Of a DNA stretch of 64,000 nucleotides, positions 50,601 through 61,717 are shown piece after piece (the first letter of the stretch is position 1; each line of letters begins with the position of its first letter). The notes under the pieces were generated by a model. The model did no database searches, was not told the origin of the DNA, and saw only the letters and a list, made by a program, of their open reading frames with translations. Both the position numbers and the translations under genes were made by a program. The stretch is from Octopus vulgaris (Eukaryota): NCBI GenBank assembly GCA_951406725.2, contig OX597824.1:85746001-85810000 (forward strand). The letters are read 5' to 3'.

Positions 50601-53600
50601 GAATAACTTACTGCCCATCACAGCATTGTGTCTACATTGCTGACTGTGAGAGTTCAAGTATTCGGTGTTTTGACCTGAAATCACAGGCCGTCCGAGCAGT
50701 TGTTGGAGCTGAGAGGAATCCTACGGTAACTTAATATATACTAGTGTACCTATATTGTCAAAAATATATTTACTAGTGTGACCATATTGTCAAATATATA
50801 TATATATATATATATAAAAGCATATAGTTCATATTCAGTTAAATAGAGAGTTGAAAGTAAATACTCTTTTACTTGTTTCAGTCAGTTGACTGTGGCCATG
50901 CTGGAGCACCACCTTTAGTCGACCAAATCGATCCCAGGACTTATTCTTTGTAAGCCTAGTACTTATTTTATTGGTCTCTTTTTCCAAACCGCTAAGTTAC
51001 AGGGATACAAACATATACACACACATACATATATACAATGGGTTTCTTTCAGTTTCCGTTTACCAAATCCACTCACAAGGCTTTGGTCGGTCTGAAGCTA
51101 TAGTAGAAGACACATGCCCAAGGTGCCACGCAGTGGGAATGAACCCGGAACCATGTGTGGTTGGTAAGCAAGCTACTTACCACACAGCCACTCCAACACC
51201 TATGAGCAATGAGAATGTGTGCTCAACACCACATTGAGCACTCATTCTTTATTTGTTTATTAAAGCTACCATTGGTTTCATGTTAAGAAATATCTCAACA
51301 ATTTTTCTATACAATTGGCTTGAAATATTGTTAAGATATTTCTTAACATGATACCAATGGTAGACTTAATACACAAATAAAATATATATATATATTTATA
51401 TATGTATACATTTTTTTTTTACATGATTATGTGACCAACATACATACATATATATTTATTCACATTTATGTATGTATATGTGGAGGAGCATGGCTTAGTG
51501 GTCAGGGTGTTGTACTCATGATCATAAGATTGTGGTTTCAATTCCTGGACTGGGTGATGTGTTCTTGAGCAAAACACTTCATTTCACAATGCTCCAGTCC
51601 ACTCAGCTGGTAAAAATGAGTAACACTGCGATGGACTGCATCCTATCCTAGAAGGAATAGATACACCACAGAATCCAGGAAACTGGCCTTGTGAGCCTGT
51701 GGTTTGGGAAGGACCAATCTATTATATAAAATCTGTTCTGTCTGTCTGTGTGTGTGTCTTCTAGTATCTCGGACATCCTCCATCCGATTGTGCTCAAATT
51801 TGATATGTAGATACTGACAGTATCAGGGCATGTATAAGTCTTACAAAATTACAAAAATCGATTCCAGGTGAGAATGCAATTGATAAAGCCGTGAGAATGT
51901 GCAAGTACATCAGCTGTTGCGGTCGATACTATGCGTACGCGAGAAAAATGCACATGCAGTTTGCGCAAAAAAAGCCGGCTGGCTTGAAATAATGCCACAA
52001 AATAGGACAGTCGGACAAGTTGATTTGAGAAAATTTGGTTCAAATGTTTGACAACTCAGCACTGTCCATTGGACAGGAGGCGTTTTGCTAGTATATGTAT
52101 AAAGAAATAAGGGTTAAGGTGTTTCAGGCATAGGTGTGTAGTGCAAATTTTGTCGCTCAACCACATGACTGTGCAGTCTCACTTCACAACACATTGGACT
52201 AGTGTCTTCTACTACAGCCCCAGACTGGCCAAAGCTGTTTGAATCGATTTGGTTGACAGAAATTGAAAGAAGCTCATCATAGGCGCAGGAGTGGCTGTGT
52301 GGTAAGTAGCTTGCTAACCAACCACATGGTTCCGGGTTCAGTCCCACTGCGTGGCATCTTGGGCAAGTGTCTTCTGCTATAGCCCCGGGCCGACCAATGC
52401 CTTGTGAGTGGATTTGGTAGATGGAAACTGAAAGAAGCCTGTTGTATATATGTGTATATATATGTATATATATGTGTGCGTGTGTGTTTGTATGTCTGTG
52501 TTTGTCCCCCTAGCATTGCTTGACAACCGAAGCTGGTGTGTTTACGTCCCCGTCACTTAGCAGTTCGGCAAAAGAGACCGATAGAATAAGTACTGGGCTT
52601 ACAAAGAATAAGTCCTGGGGTCGATTTTCTCGACTAAAGGCGGTGCTCCAGCATGGCTGCAGTCAAATGACTGAAACATGTAAAAGAATAACATGTGTGC
52701 ATGTGCATGCACGCACGCACACACACACACACAGCTTTTCTCCACCAAATTCTCTAGCAAGGCTTTGATCAGCCTGAGATGATAGTAGAAGACACTTGCC
52801 CAAGATTGCTGCATGGTGGGACTGAACCTGAGACCACATGGTTACGAACAGAAATGCTTTACCTACCACACAACCAAATGTGACCATGCATACAGTCTGT
52901 AGACACACAGACACATGTGGCATCAAAATAGCAGCATATACGAGGACTACCCAAGTAAATATGGTATGATCTGAAGATTATTTCTAACTGGTCAAGCAAC
53001 CTTTGATAGGCTCTGTTGTGCGTGTTCACATGGGAGGGAGGATTACTGGCTATTTAGAACGTTTTTTGGAAAATATAAATTTGGCCGGTGTTACTAATCC
53101 CCTTTAATAATCCTAATTATCATGGCTTTATTTCACACATAATTAATCTTCTTAATTACAAGGTGTGTTATTATGAGAGATGTTTACTGTATTTCTCCCG
53201 TCTTTTAATTTCATTGCTGGTGTTTATATATATCTGCACTCTTATATATATAATTTAGCTATATATATAATAATATATAACAAGGTATATATATATATAT
53301 ATAATATAAATAAAAGATTCAAAGTTCAGTAAATTCAAATTACTGTAATCTTCTCATCATATTTAATTGAATCATAATTGACATAAACTCCTCCATAATT
53401 GTATAAATTATTGTGTAATTACATATAATATTTTAATTAATATATAACTATAAATTATTATGTATTTATAGTATTATAGAAAGTATTATGTAAATATAAG
53501 TGAAGGCGCATGGCTCAGTGGTTAGAGAGTCGGGCTCACAATCATGGGGTAGTGAGTTCAATTCTTGGACTGGGATGTGTGTTTTATTCTTGAGCAAGAC

Positions 53601-56600
53601 ACTTTATTTCACATTGTTCCATTTTACTCAGTTGTAGAAATGAGTTGCGATGTCACTGGTGCCAAACTGTGTCAGTCATTAGAAGGTTACTTTCTAGGTG
53701 CAATCCCATGGTCATTTATGAATGAAGGGGGTCTTTACTCTTTATATAAATATGTAAATTATTTAGATGGCTGCAGGTGTGGTCAAGAAGTTTCCTTCAT
53801 AACCACATAGTTTCAGGTTCATTTTCACCATGTGGCAGCTTGGGCAGTTGTCTTCTATTATTGCTTCAGGTTGACCAATGCCTCATGAGTGGTTTTAGTT
53901 GATGGAAACTGAAAGAATCCTGTTGTGTATATGTGTATATCTGTGTGTGCATGAGTATTTCTCTCCCATTACTGCTTGTCAACCTGTGTTGGTTTGTTTA
54001 CATGCCAGCGACAAAGAGGTTTGGCATAAGAGACTAATGGAATAAAAGAAAAGGTACTGTCATTGAGTTGTTTGATTTAACCCTTTAGCACTTTAACAGG
54101 CCATATCTGGCCAAAATATCCTGTCTCTTTTATGTTCAAGCTGGCCAGATCTGGCCTGTCATACCTACCCTACAATGTCATTCTAAAAATAAACAATCAC
54201 ATCTCAGCTATGAGCTATTGGATAATGCATGAATAATTCAAAACAATGTGAATAAATAAGTGTTACGTTTGACAATAATTTGAATGCTAAAGAGTTAAAC
54301 CCTCAAAGGCAATGCCCCAGAATGGCCTCACTCCAGTAAATGGTAAATATGTGTATACTTAGGAAGGCTGACGATCCATTTCCCTTTTTCTGCCAATTTT
54401 TATTCTATTTACCTACAGTAAGTCTTCAAAATTTTATATCATCAACATCATCATCATCATCGTTTAGCGTCCACTTTCCATGCTAGCATGGGTTAGATGG
54501 TTCAACTGGGGTCTGGAAAGCCAGAAGGCTGCACCAGGCCCAGTTTGATCTGGCAATGTTTCTATGGCTGGATGCCCTTCCTAACGCCAACCACTCCATG
54601 ATTGTAGTGGGTGCTTTTTACGTGCCACCGGCACAGGTGCCAGACGAGTCTGGCAAACGGCCACAATCGGATGGTGCTTTTTATGTGCCACCGGCACGGG
54701 GGCCAGGTGAGGTTGGCAACGGCCACAAACGGATGGTGCTTTTTATGTGCCACTGGCACGAGGCCAGTCGGGGCGGCGCTGGCAACGGCCACGTTCGGAT
54801 GGTTCTCTTACGTACCACCGGCACTGGTATCTCAACTGCAATTTCCATTGATCGATTTCAATTCTGATTCTGATTTATATAATTTAAATAAATTGTTAAT
54901 TATGTCAGGTATCTATTTCTTAATCTTTAATTGTAGAATCTTTTTGCTTATGGCGATGTGGATGGTTCCGGCATTGAGGCAAAATTGCAACATCCTCTTG
55001 GAGTTGAGCTGTTAACTGATTCTCCCGATGGTCCCCTCATAGTTGCTGATACTTATAACCACAAGGTAAGACTGTTGTTACTTCATAAATCTTTATATTG
55101 ATGCTCCATAGTCTTTTGAGTTGCAAGTAGGGCTGTGGAGTCGAAACAAAACACTTTGACTCCAATTCTGACTCCAACTCCTGTACTATTGGCAACTTTG
55201 ACTCCGATTCCGACTCGGATTCCAACTCCAGTTCCGACTCCAATTCCAACTCTGATTCCGACTCCTATTTATGTAATTTAGTGATTGTGGTCTACATATC
55301 TCATAAAGCATATGCATATGCTTGTACTTTGAGTAGGCCTATATGTTATAATTGGTTTATAGTAAAGAAATTGTGCATCGGAATCAGAGTCAGCATAGTT
55401 TTACCGACTCCAAATCTGACTGCCCCTTACTTGTTTCTGACTCCGACTCCACAACTTCGACTCCACAACTCTGACTCCACGACTCTGACCCCATGACTCT
55501 GACCCCATGACTCTGACTCCACGACTCCGACTCCACGACTCCGACTCCATGACTCCGACTCCACAGCCCTGGTTGCAAAAACACTCAAGGTACATGTCAT
55601 CATGTATACTATGTGTATTTTGGTTGTATTTGTGCAGGTTTATTTTTGCGGTAAGGAAGTTACATGTTTATTCCCAAGTAATATTCATAATAAATATTTC
55701 TTTTACTTTGCTTCATCTTGTCTCTCTCTCTCTCTCTCTCTTTCTTTTGCAGATCAAACGTGTCAATTTGTCATCAAACTCTTGTTCTACATTGATCGGC
55801 TGTGGTCAGCCAGGGGACTTGATTTCTACTGACCCATTACTGTCATCATTTAACGAACCAGCTGATGTGGCAGTCGATGCAGCCAAGCAGTTAATATACA
55901 TTGCAGATACCAATAACCACCGCATAAAACTGTTTGATTTACACACAAACTCCCTGTCTGATGTAAGTAACTTAACCCTTTAGTGTTTAAACCGGCCATA
56001 TCTGGCCCAGATATTCTGCATGTTTTATATTCCAACTTGCCATATCCAGCCTCTTACACCTAACCTATATTGACATTCTAAAAATAGACAATCACATCAT
56101 TGAAACCTCAAAGCTATAACATAATGCATGATTAATTCAAAACAATTTGAGTGAAACAGTATTACATTTAACAGAGTAATCTGAACACTAAAGGGTTAAA
56201 CCAGTTACACTAATTACTTTAATTACACTAATTGATGTTTATTCTCCAATGACATAATAACAATTTATCTCCTTGGATATCATTAACACTCATTTCATTG
56301 GACATCTTAAGAAAGATAACTTAATACTGCAAGACACAGGAGTCTGATCCTTTACTGATTTATCATGTCTCATTACCCTGACCATGGATATAACAGTTAT
56401 TTATGACATTGGCACATCATTATCATCATCACATATGTTTTCCTATGCTGATATGGGCTTGCTGTGTCTGCTACACAATATATATCACCACTCCCGTGCT
56501 AGTAGGGTGCTAAGAACACCATCCGAGCATGATCGTTGCCAGAGCGGCTAACTGGCTTCCGAGCTGGTGGGACGTAAAAGGCACCATTCAAGCGTGATTG

Positions 56601-59251
56601 TTACCAGTGTCGCCTTATTGGCACCTGTGCTGGTGGCATGTGTAAAAAGATTCGAGCGAGGTCGTTGCCAGTACCACCTGACTGGCCCCGTGCTGGTGGC
56701 ATGTAAAGAGCACCGACTACACTCTCGGAGTGGTTGGTGTTAGGAAGGGCATCCAGCTGTAGAAACTCTGCCAGATCAAGAATGGAGCCTGGTGCAGCCA
56801 TCTGGTTCGCCAGTTCTCAGTCAAAATCATCCAACCCATGCTAGCATGGAAAGCGGACGTTAAACGATGATAATGATGATGATGTGTGTGTGTTCATCTG
56901 TGTGTTTGTGCGAGTGTAACTGTATGTCTGTGTATGTGAATGTGTTGTGCAAATGCGAGTAAGTGTATCTGCAGGTATGGGTGCATGACTGTGACTGTGT
57001 ATGTGTGAGAGAGAAAACGTGTATATGTCTGGGTGTATGAATGTGTGTCCTGGATCTGTACTTATGTGTAAATGTATCCTGTATCTATGTGTGTGAATAT
57101 GTGTCTATATTTATGTGTATATGTCTGTCTGAACATTTCTAATTTTTGTTCTCTCCATTGCAGTTTCCTTTGAAGATAGAAAAACTACAAGAATCGGTAA
57201 ATGTAAATTCCTGTGATTTAGATAAGACAAGATTTCGCATCACACCGAAAAAGACAAAAGCTCAGCTTTTGGAAACTGTCCGTTTATGTTCATCAAGTTG
57301 TCTAACATTCCAGTTAGACATCAGTTTCAGAAGTGGGGTTTCATTGACCAATGACATGGTCAGCTGTTGGCAGATTTTCACTGAAGGTTTGGATTATTTC
57401 TATCTTTCTTTGGTTATGTGCTTAAGAAGTTATCTTTGTTCAGTCCCCTGTTGCACAGGACCTTAAGGAAGCATCTTCTATTATAGCCTCTGGTTAACCC
57501 TAGCTTTTTCAGTGAAATTGGGTTTACCTTAAGAAACCCATCTGATAGACCATGTGTGATGTTGGGTTGTAGACTTTATTTTTCTCCCAGCGGTTCTTGA
57601 GATATCTTGTTCACTGACAAACAAACAAACATGACTGAAAACTATACCTCTGCCTTTGCTAAGGCGGAGGTAATGATAGACCAACAGGTTCTAATCCTGC
57701 TAATGTACACTGTTTTGTCATTAATTTACCATCCTCTACATTTCTACAGTCTGTCTACTTCACTGAACATAAAGGAGCTTCTATACGGTATCCAGTACTG
57801 CTAAAAATATCAGCCCTATTCTCTTATCTTCAAGCTAGGAAAGACACATCAGATATTGTTGTATATACTCCACCCCACCCCTCAAAAAATGACAAGTTGG
57901 TCATGATTGGACTGTCTAATCAAAGTTTGTCTGAGTATAAGCAACAGAGCACCTCATCACTTATGAGATACCCAGCTAGAGATGGGTACCTGTGTTTATT
58001 TATTTATGTAGTCATTTTCAGATGATTTGTCTCGTCATTGTTGTTTTATAAAATAAATTATTTTAGATTTGGAGTTTTTAACATGGAGGAAGCTTGCAAA
58101 CCAGCCACTCCATGTAACTAAATAATTATAACTAGCTGCCCCCCATGTAGCTCATAACTGTAACTAGCCACCCCGTGTTACACATAAAACTGTTTATCCC
58201 ATATTGCACTTAATTATTACCAGCCACCCCAATTCTAGACACACCCTGAATAAAAGACAGGATGGTCACGACTGTAATATTCCTGATCATAGGTCTGCTG
58301 GACCAGAGCTGACCTGGAGTTAAACATTGCATTTAATCATAATAAACCACCCCTATATAACCCCAATCATAACGTGACACCTACGGCGAGCTGGCAGAGA
58401 TGTTAGCACACCGGGTGAAGTGCTTCGTGGTATTTCGCCCATCGCTACGTTCTGAGTTCAAATTCCGCCAAGGTCAACTTTGCCTTTCATCCTTTCGGGG
58501 TCGCTAAATTAAGTACCAGTTACGCACTGGGTCGATGTAATCGACTTAATCCGTTTGTCTGTCCTTGTTTCTCCCCTCTGCGTTTAGTCCCTTGTGGGTA
58601 GTAAAGAAACAGACACCTACGTTGTCCATAATCATAATCAGCCACCCCTAATAACTTAAATCATACCCACAGTCCTGGATCCCATTGAGACAATTAGCGA
58701 CTGATCCCAGTCTGGGCGACTGGATTGATAGTGCTCCAGCTGTACTTGTTAGAACCTAGCCATGGTAGACACATAAATTACTAGCACAACATTGACATCC
58801 TTATCCATAGGCAGCAGATTTACCTGTCACTCTACCTTGGCTCATAGATAGTCATTATGGTGTTTTGCTCATAATGGTTAGAATAAGGTTTGAACTCATG
58901 ACCATTCAATTAATAACTCAGTGTGTTACTGTCACAGCTATTACTGTACTTTTTACAATTATATTATTTTCTTTTCTCTCATTTGTTTCAGACGATGCCA
59001 GCAAACAGCTTCTTGCAAACCTCACAAAAACAAATGGTGAAATTGTCGATTTGACCAATCAACCCAGAATTGACATCCATATACCAGTGATTGACCAGTG
59101 TACTCCCTTTCAAGTACACTTTGAGTGCCTTCTTTATACCTGTTCCGTGAAAGGACTCTGTAACATGGTTCCTTTACTTTACACACAGCCTATTGTAATA
59201 TCTAAAGATGGATTAGATTGTCATACTGTCACTTTAAAGCATTCTCTGTAA
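39465..59251 (+). CDS. NHLRC2: NHL repeat-containing protein 2, complete 10-exon CDS: join(39465-39618,44927-45528,47225-47359,48925-49057,50129-50222,50500-50725,54937-55065,55753-55962,57164-57386,58992-59251), 2166 nt, 721 aa
   Basis: All introns are GT-AG with matching phases and the joined frame is open to TAA at 59251. The translation carries family motifs recognised from memory of human NHLRC2: [95 protein letters not shown]. Confidence 0.96.
39955..41078. repeat. Nested inverted-repeat structure in NHLRC2 intron 1
   Basis: Paired arms 39955-40042/40988-41078, 40111-40241/40499-40625, 40261-40323/40377-40439. Confidence 0.9.
44927..45528 (+). CDS. NHLRC2: NHLRC2 exon 2 (thioredoxin-like domain, CCMNC)
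   Basis: Poly-T tract plus AG acceptor; AAG|GTAAGT donor; lies within ORF 44848-45663. Confidence 0.97.
45652..45878. mobile_element. piggyBac-type MITE, family B (also 44545-44771, 54077-54298, 55972-56199; inverted 43427-43641 and partial ~44027-44160)
   Basis: TTAA|CCCTTTAG...GGG|TTAA termini; about 225 bp; shared interior. Confidence 0.75.
46408..46981 (+). mobile_element. Internally deleted mariner element in NHLRC2 intron 2
   Basis: TIR TTGGGTTGTCCGGAAAGTTTGTGCCGATTT and its inverse; TA TSD; disrupted N-terminal transposase ([26 protein letters not shown]...TVRKWFARF...SGRPS). Confidence 0.9.
47225..47359 (+). CDS. NHLRC2: NHLRC2 exon 3 (NHL repeat)
   Basis: TTTCAG acceptor; AAG|GTAACG donor; TVIGGPEKG...[10 protein letters not shown]. 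Confidence 0.95.
48925..49057 (+). CDS. NHLRC2: NHLRC2 exon 4
   Basis: TGTAG acceptor; G|GTAAGT donor; [24 protein letters not shown]...SPYDLV. Confidence 0.95.
50129..50222 (+). CDS. NHLRC2: NHLRC2 exon 5
   Basis: TTTCAG acceptor; AG|GTAAAT donor; [14 protein letters not shown]. Confidence 0.93.
50500..50725 (+). CDS. NHLRC2: NHLRC2 exon 6
   Basis: ACAG acceptor; ACG|GTAACT donor; [14 protein letters not shown]...FAQPSG...VVGAERNPT. Confidence 0.95.
51718..52091 (+). mobile_element. Non-autonomous Helitron, family H2 (related copy at about 30590-31143)
   Basis: A|TC start; CTGTCC-ATT-GGACAG hairpin; CTAG|T end; long shared segments with 30590-31143. Confidence 0.7.
52280..52690 (+). mobile_element. 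tRNA-derived SINE family S3, CORE-like (copies at about 24395-24740, 26900-27336, 28378-28750, 33994-34450, 37371-37755, 50863-51200)
   Basis: A-box TGGCTGTGTGG; B-box GGGTTCAGTCCC; CTTGGGCAAGT core; internal (TA/TG)n; AAAAGA tail. Confidence 0.8.
54937..55065 (+). CDS. NHLRC2: NHLRC2 exon 7
   Basis: TTGTAG acceptor; AAG|GTAAGA donor; [10 protein letters not shown]...LQHPLG...ADTYNHK. Confidence 0.95.
55128..55571. mobile_element. hAT-type MITE with internal (GACTCC)n repeats, NHLRC2 intron 7
   Basis: TIR (T/C)AGGGCTGTGGAGTCG; 8-bp TSD GTTGCAAG/GTTGCAAA. Confidence 0.75.
55753..55962 (+). CDS. NHLRC2: NHLRC2 exon 8
   Basis: TTGCAG acceptor; GAT|GTAAGT donor; IKRVNL...FNEP...ADTNNHRIK. Confidence 0.95.
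57164..57386 (+). CDS. NHLRC2: NHLRC2 exon 9
   Basis: TTGCAG acceptor; AAG|GTTTGG donor; ends [14 protein letters not shown], matching the C-terminal domain. Confidence 0.88.
58385..58611 (+). mobile_element. SINE S1 monomer with TSD
   Basis: GACACCTAC(G) duplicated at 58376 and 58612. Confidence 0.85.
58992..59251 (+). CDS. NHLRC2: NHLRC2 exon 10 (last coding exon)
   Basis: TTTCAG acceptor, phase 1; [12 protein letters not shown]...YTQPI; TAA stop. Confidence 0.9.
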
Positions 59252-59345
59252 GCCTGGACAGTTTTATAAAATCTCAAAATTATTTTTTATTATATATAGG
59301 GAAAAATATGATTATTTTACATTAATTTTTCTATGCTAGCATGGG

Positions 59346-59379
<34 letters not shown>

Positions 59380-60318
59380 ATATCACCTCTATCAACTAGA
59401 CTATCACATGTTATACACTGCTGGTCACAATGCGCTTCCAGTTCTATCTTGATTGCGCCCATCTTATCCATCTTGGCCCAAATTGTTTATATATGTGTAT
59501 GTGTCTGCATCTGTCTGTCTGTATAATTGTTACGGTAAATGTAAAAAGTAGTGGAGAATAATTTTATATAGGCATTAGAATGAAAATAGTTATGAAAATA
59601 ACACAAGTTAAATTTGAGGCTAAGAGGAAACAAGCAATGAAAAAGTACCACTTGTAGTGAAAGCAGGTGCCTGAAAAGGGTAGAAATATAAAGCTAAAAA
59701 CCAAAAAACCAAAACACTTACTGAGATGTGTGTAATGAAACTTAGTATGCAAAAGGTAGAAACAGAAGAGAATCTGATGCTTTGGGTGATGGCCTTTATC
59801 AAAGAGCAGAAAAAAAATTTGAGAGGTAAGAGAAAGATAAAAATGTATGACACCAAAAACAGATGCCTGTTGACTTGGCAGTTCTACAGTGGAACCAGCC
59901 ATGTAAACAAATGTCTTTTTTGGTATCATAGTTTTTTTTTTTACTCTTCTCTTTCTTTCCTTTGGCATATTAATCTTCATTGTACACTTCTTGGTTTGTT
60001 ATTTTGCTCACTTTATATTTCCATGCTTTTTAGGTACAGGCTTTCACCTGTCTCACCATGCATGGTACTTTTTGTTTGTTTGTTTCCTCTTTCTCTCAAA
60101 CTTTACTTGTGTTATGTCTGTGATACTTTTGCATGCGTATAATATATATATATGTACGTATGTATGTATATATGCATAATATTATGTATATGTATAATAT
60201 AATAGATATATTTGCATAATATATGTATAATATACATATATATATATGTATGATATACATATATATATGTATGATATATATATATATATATATAGATATA
60301 TATATGTATATATATATG

Positions 60319-60361
<43 letters not shown>

Positions 60362-60385
60362 CACACATATACAAATATACACACA

Positions 60386-61659
60386 CAAAGGAGTTCTGAA
60401 AGTTCATGGCTTTGGGTAAAAGAAAATACAGGAGGATCAGTTAATTATGATTTTATACAACATATCCCCCCTCTCAGATTCACAAATTTATTGCAGCAGT
60501 CCTTCAGTTTTTCTAAGCCCTGTAAAAGAAGTTGGAAGGTTGAGTCTCCGACCAGGCCTCTGTAGCAGTGATCTCTTCAGAATAAGAGTGAAATTTCAAT
60601 TCCTTGAGATGTTTCTTCAGTTGTGGAAAGAGATGATAATCAGAGGGAGCCAGGTCAGGTGAGTAAGGTAGGTGGTCTACCAATTCGAAGCCAAAGTCAC
60701 GTATTTTCCATAGAGGTCATGTGTTGTGTGTGCTGTTGCATTGTCCTCCGCTTTCCATGGTGTTTCTGTTTCAAAGCTTCATGCAGTTCATCCAACAGAG
60801 ACCTGTAGTATTCTGTATAGATGGTGTGACTCTTTGGCAGATATTTTATGAGGAGTTCTCCATCTTTGTCCCGGAACTCTGAAGCCAGAATTCTTCCAAC
60901 TGGCTTCTGGGTCCAAAACTTCTTGGGACATGGTGAACAGCTGTGGTGTCACTCCATTGATTGCTGCTTGGTCTGGGAATCATAATGATGAAGCCAAGTT
61001 TGGTGACAAGCCAAGTTTGGTGACTAAACAAGCCATAAAATCAGCCTCTCCTGTTGCAAACTGGTCCAAAATCACTTATGTAGTTGTCACTCTGATGTGC
61101 TTCTGGTCTGCATCCAGGCATTTCAGCACCCGTTTTGTGGAAAGCTTTCTCACGTCTTGAATGTCGTGGACGATGTGCCTAACTCTTTCGCAGGAAATCC
61201 CCAGAGTCTCAGCTATATCTTCAGCTGAAATCCAGCAGTCCTCGAGAATCATGACATGCACAGTGTTGGCAGTTGCAAAAGTTGGCCATTCTGACTGGGG
61301 TTCATCTGTGACCCTGAAATGACCAGACCAAAAAACCTTGACACCCAAATTTTCACTGTGGAGTAAGATTGGCAGCCATCCTTCAAGTCTTTTTTTCATC
61401 TCATCATGGATTTCTGCCACTCCTTTGCCTTTCAAAAAGAGAAACCTCATGACCACCTGTGCTTCAATTTTTCAAAATCTACTGTAGGAACTGCCACCTT
61501 GTGCTAAATCTGCCAAAAAAGGGAATGATATATTGTATACCATCATGATTTTTTACATATTTTCTCCTAAATAGTTGTCCTACCTCCCTTGTACCTTTAC
61601 AAGAGAGCCCTACCCTTTCACAATACTTTTAAAGCCAGGAACTTTTCAGCACTCCCTTG
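60386..61659 (-). mobile_element. Near full-length decayed mariner element
   Basis: Imperfect TIRs; ORF 61076-61456 is an HTH-type transposase N-terminus; minus strand near 60600-60665 reads YSPDLAPSDYHLFPQLK, the mariner signature; stops and frameshifts present. Confidence 0.9.
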
Positions 61660-61680
61660 TATATTTGCATAATATATATG

Positions 61681-61717
<37 letters not shown>

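Noticed and set aside
55390-55595. Ser/Glu repeat ORFs
   Set aside because: (GACTCC)n interior of an intronic hAT-type MITE.
58095-58235. Degenerate ~31-bp repeats (ACTAGCCACCCC...CATAA)
   Set aside because: Old intronic minisatellite with no further structure.
59765-59812. Antisense hammerhead downstream of NHLRC2
   Set aside because: Both core segments are mutated (TTGATAA, CAAAG); too degenerate to call.
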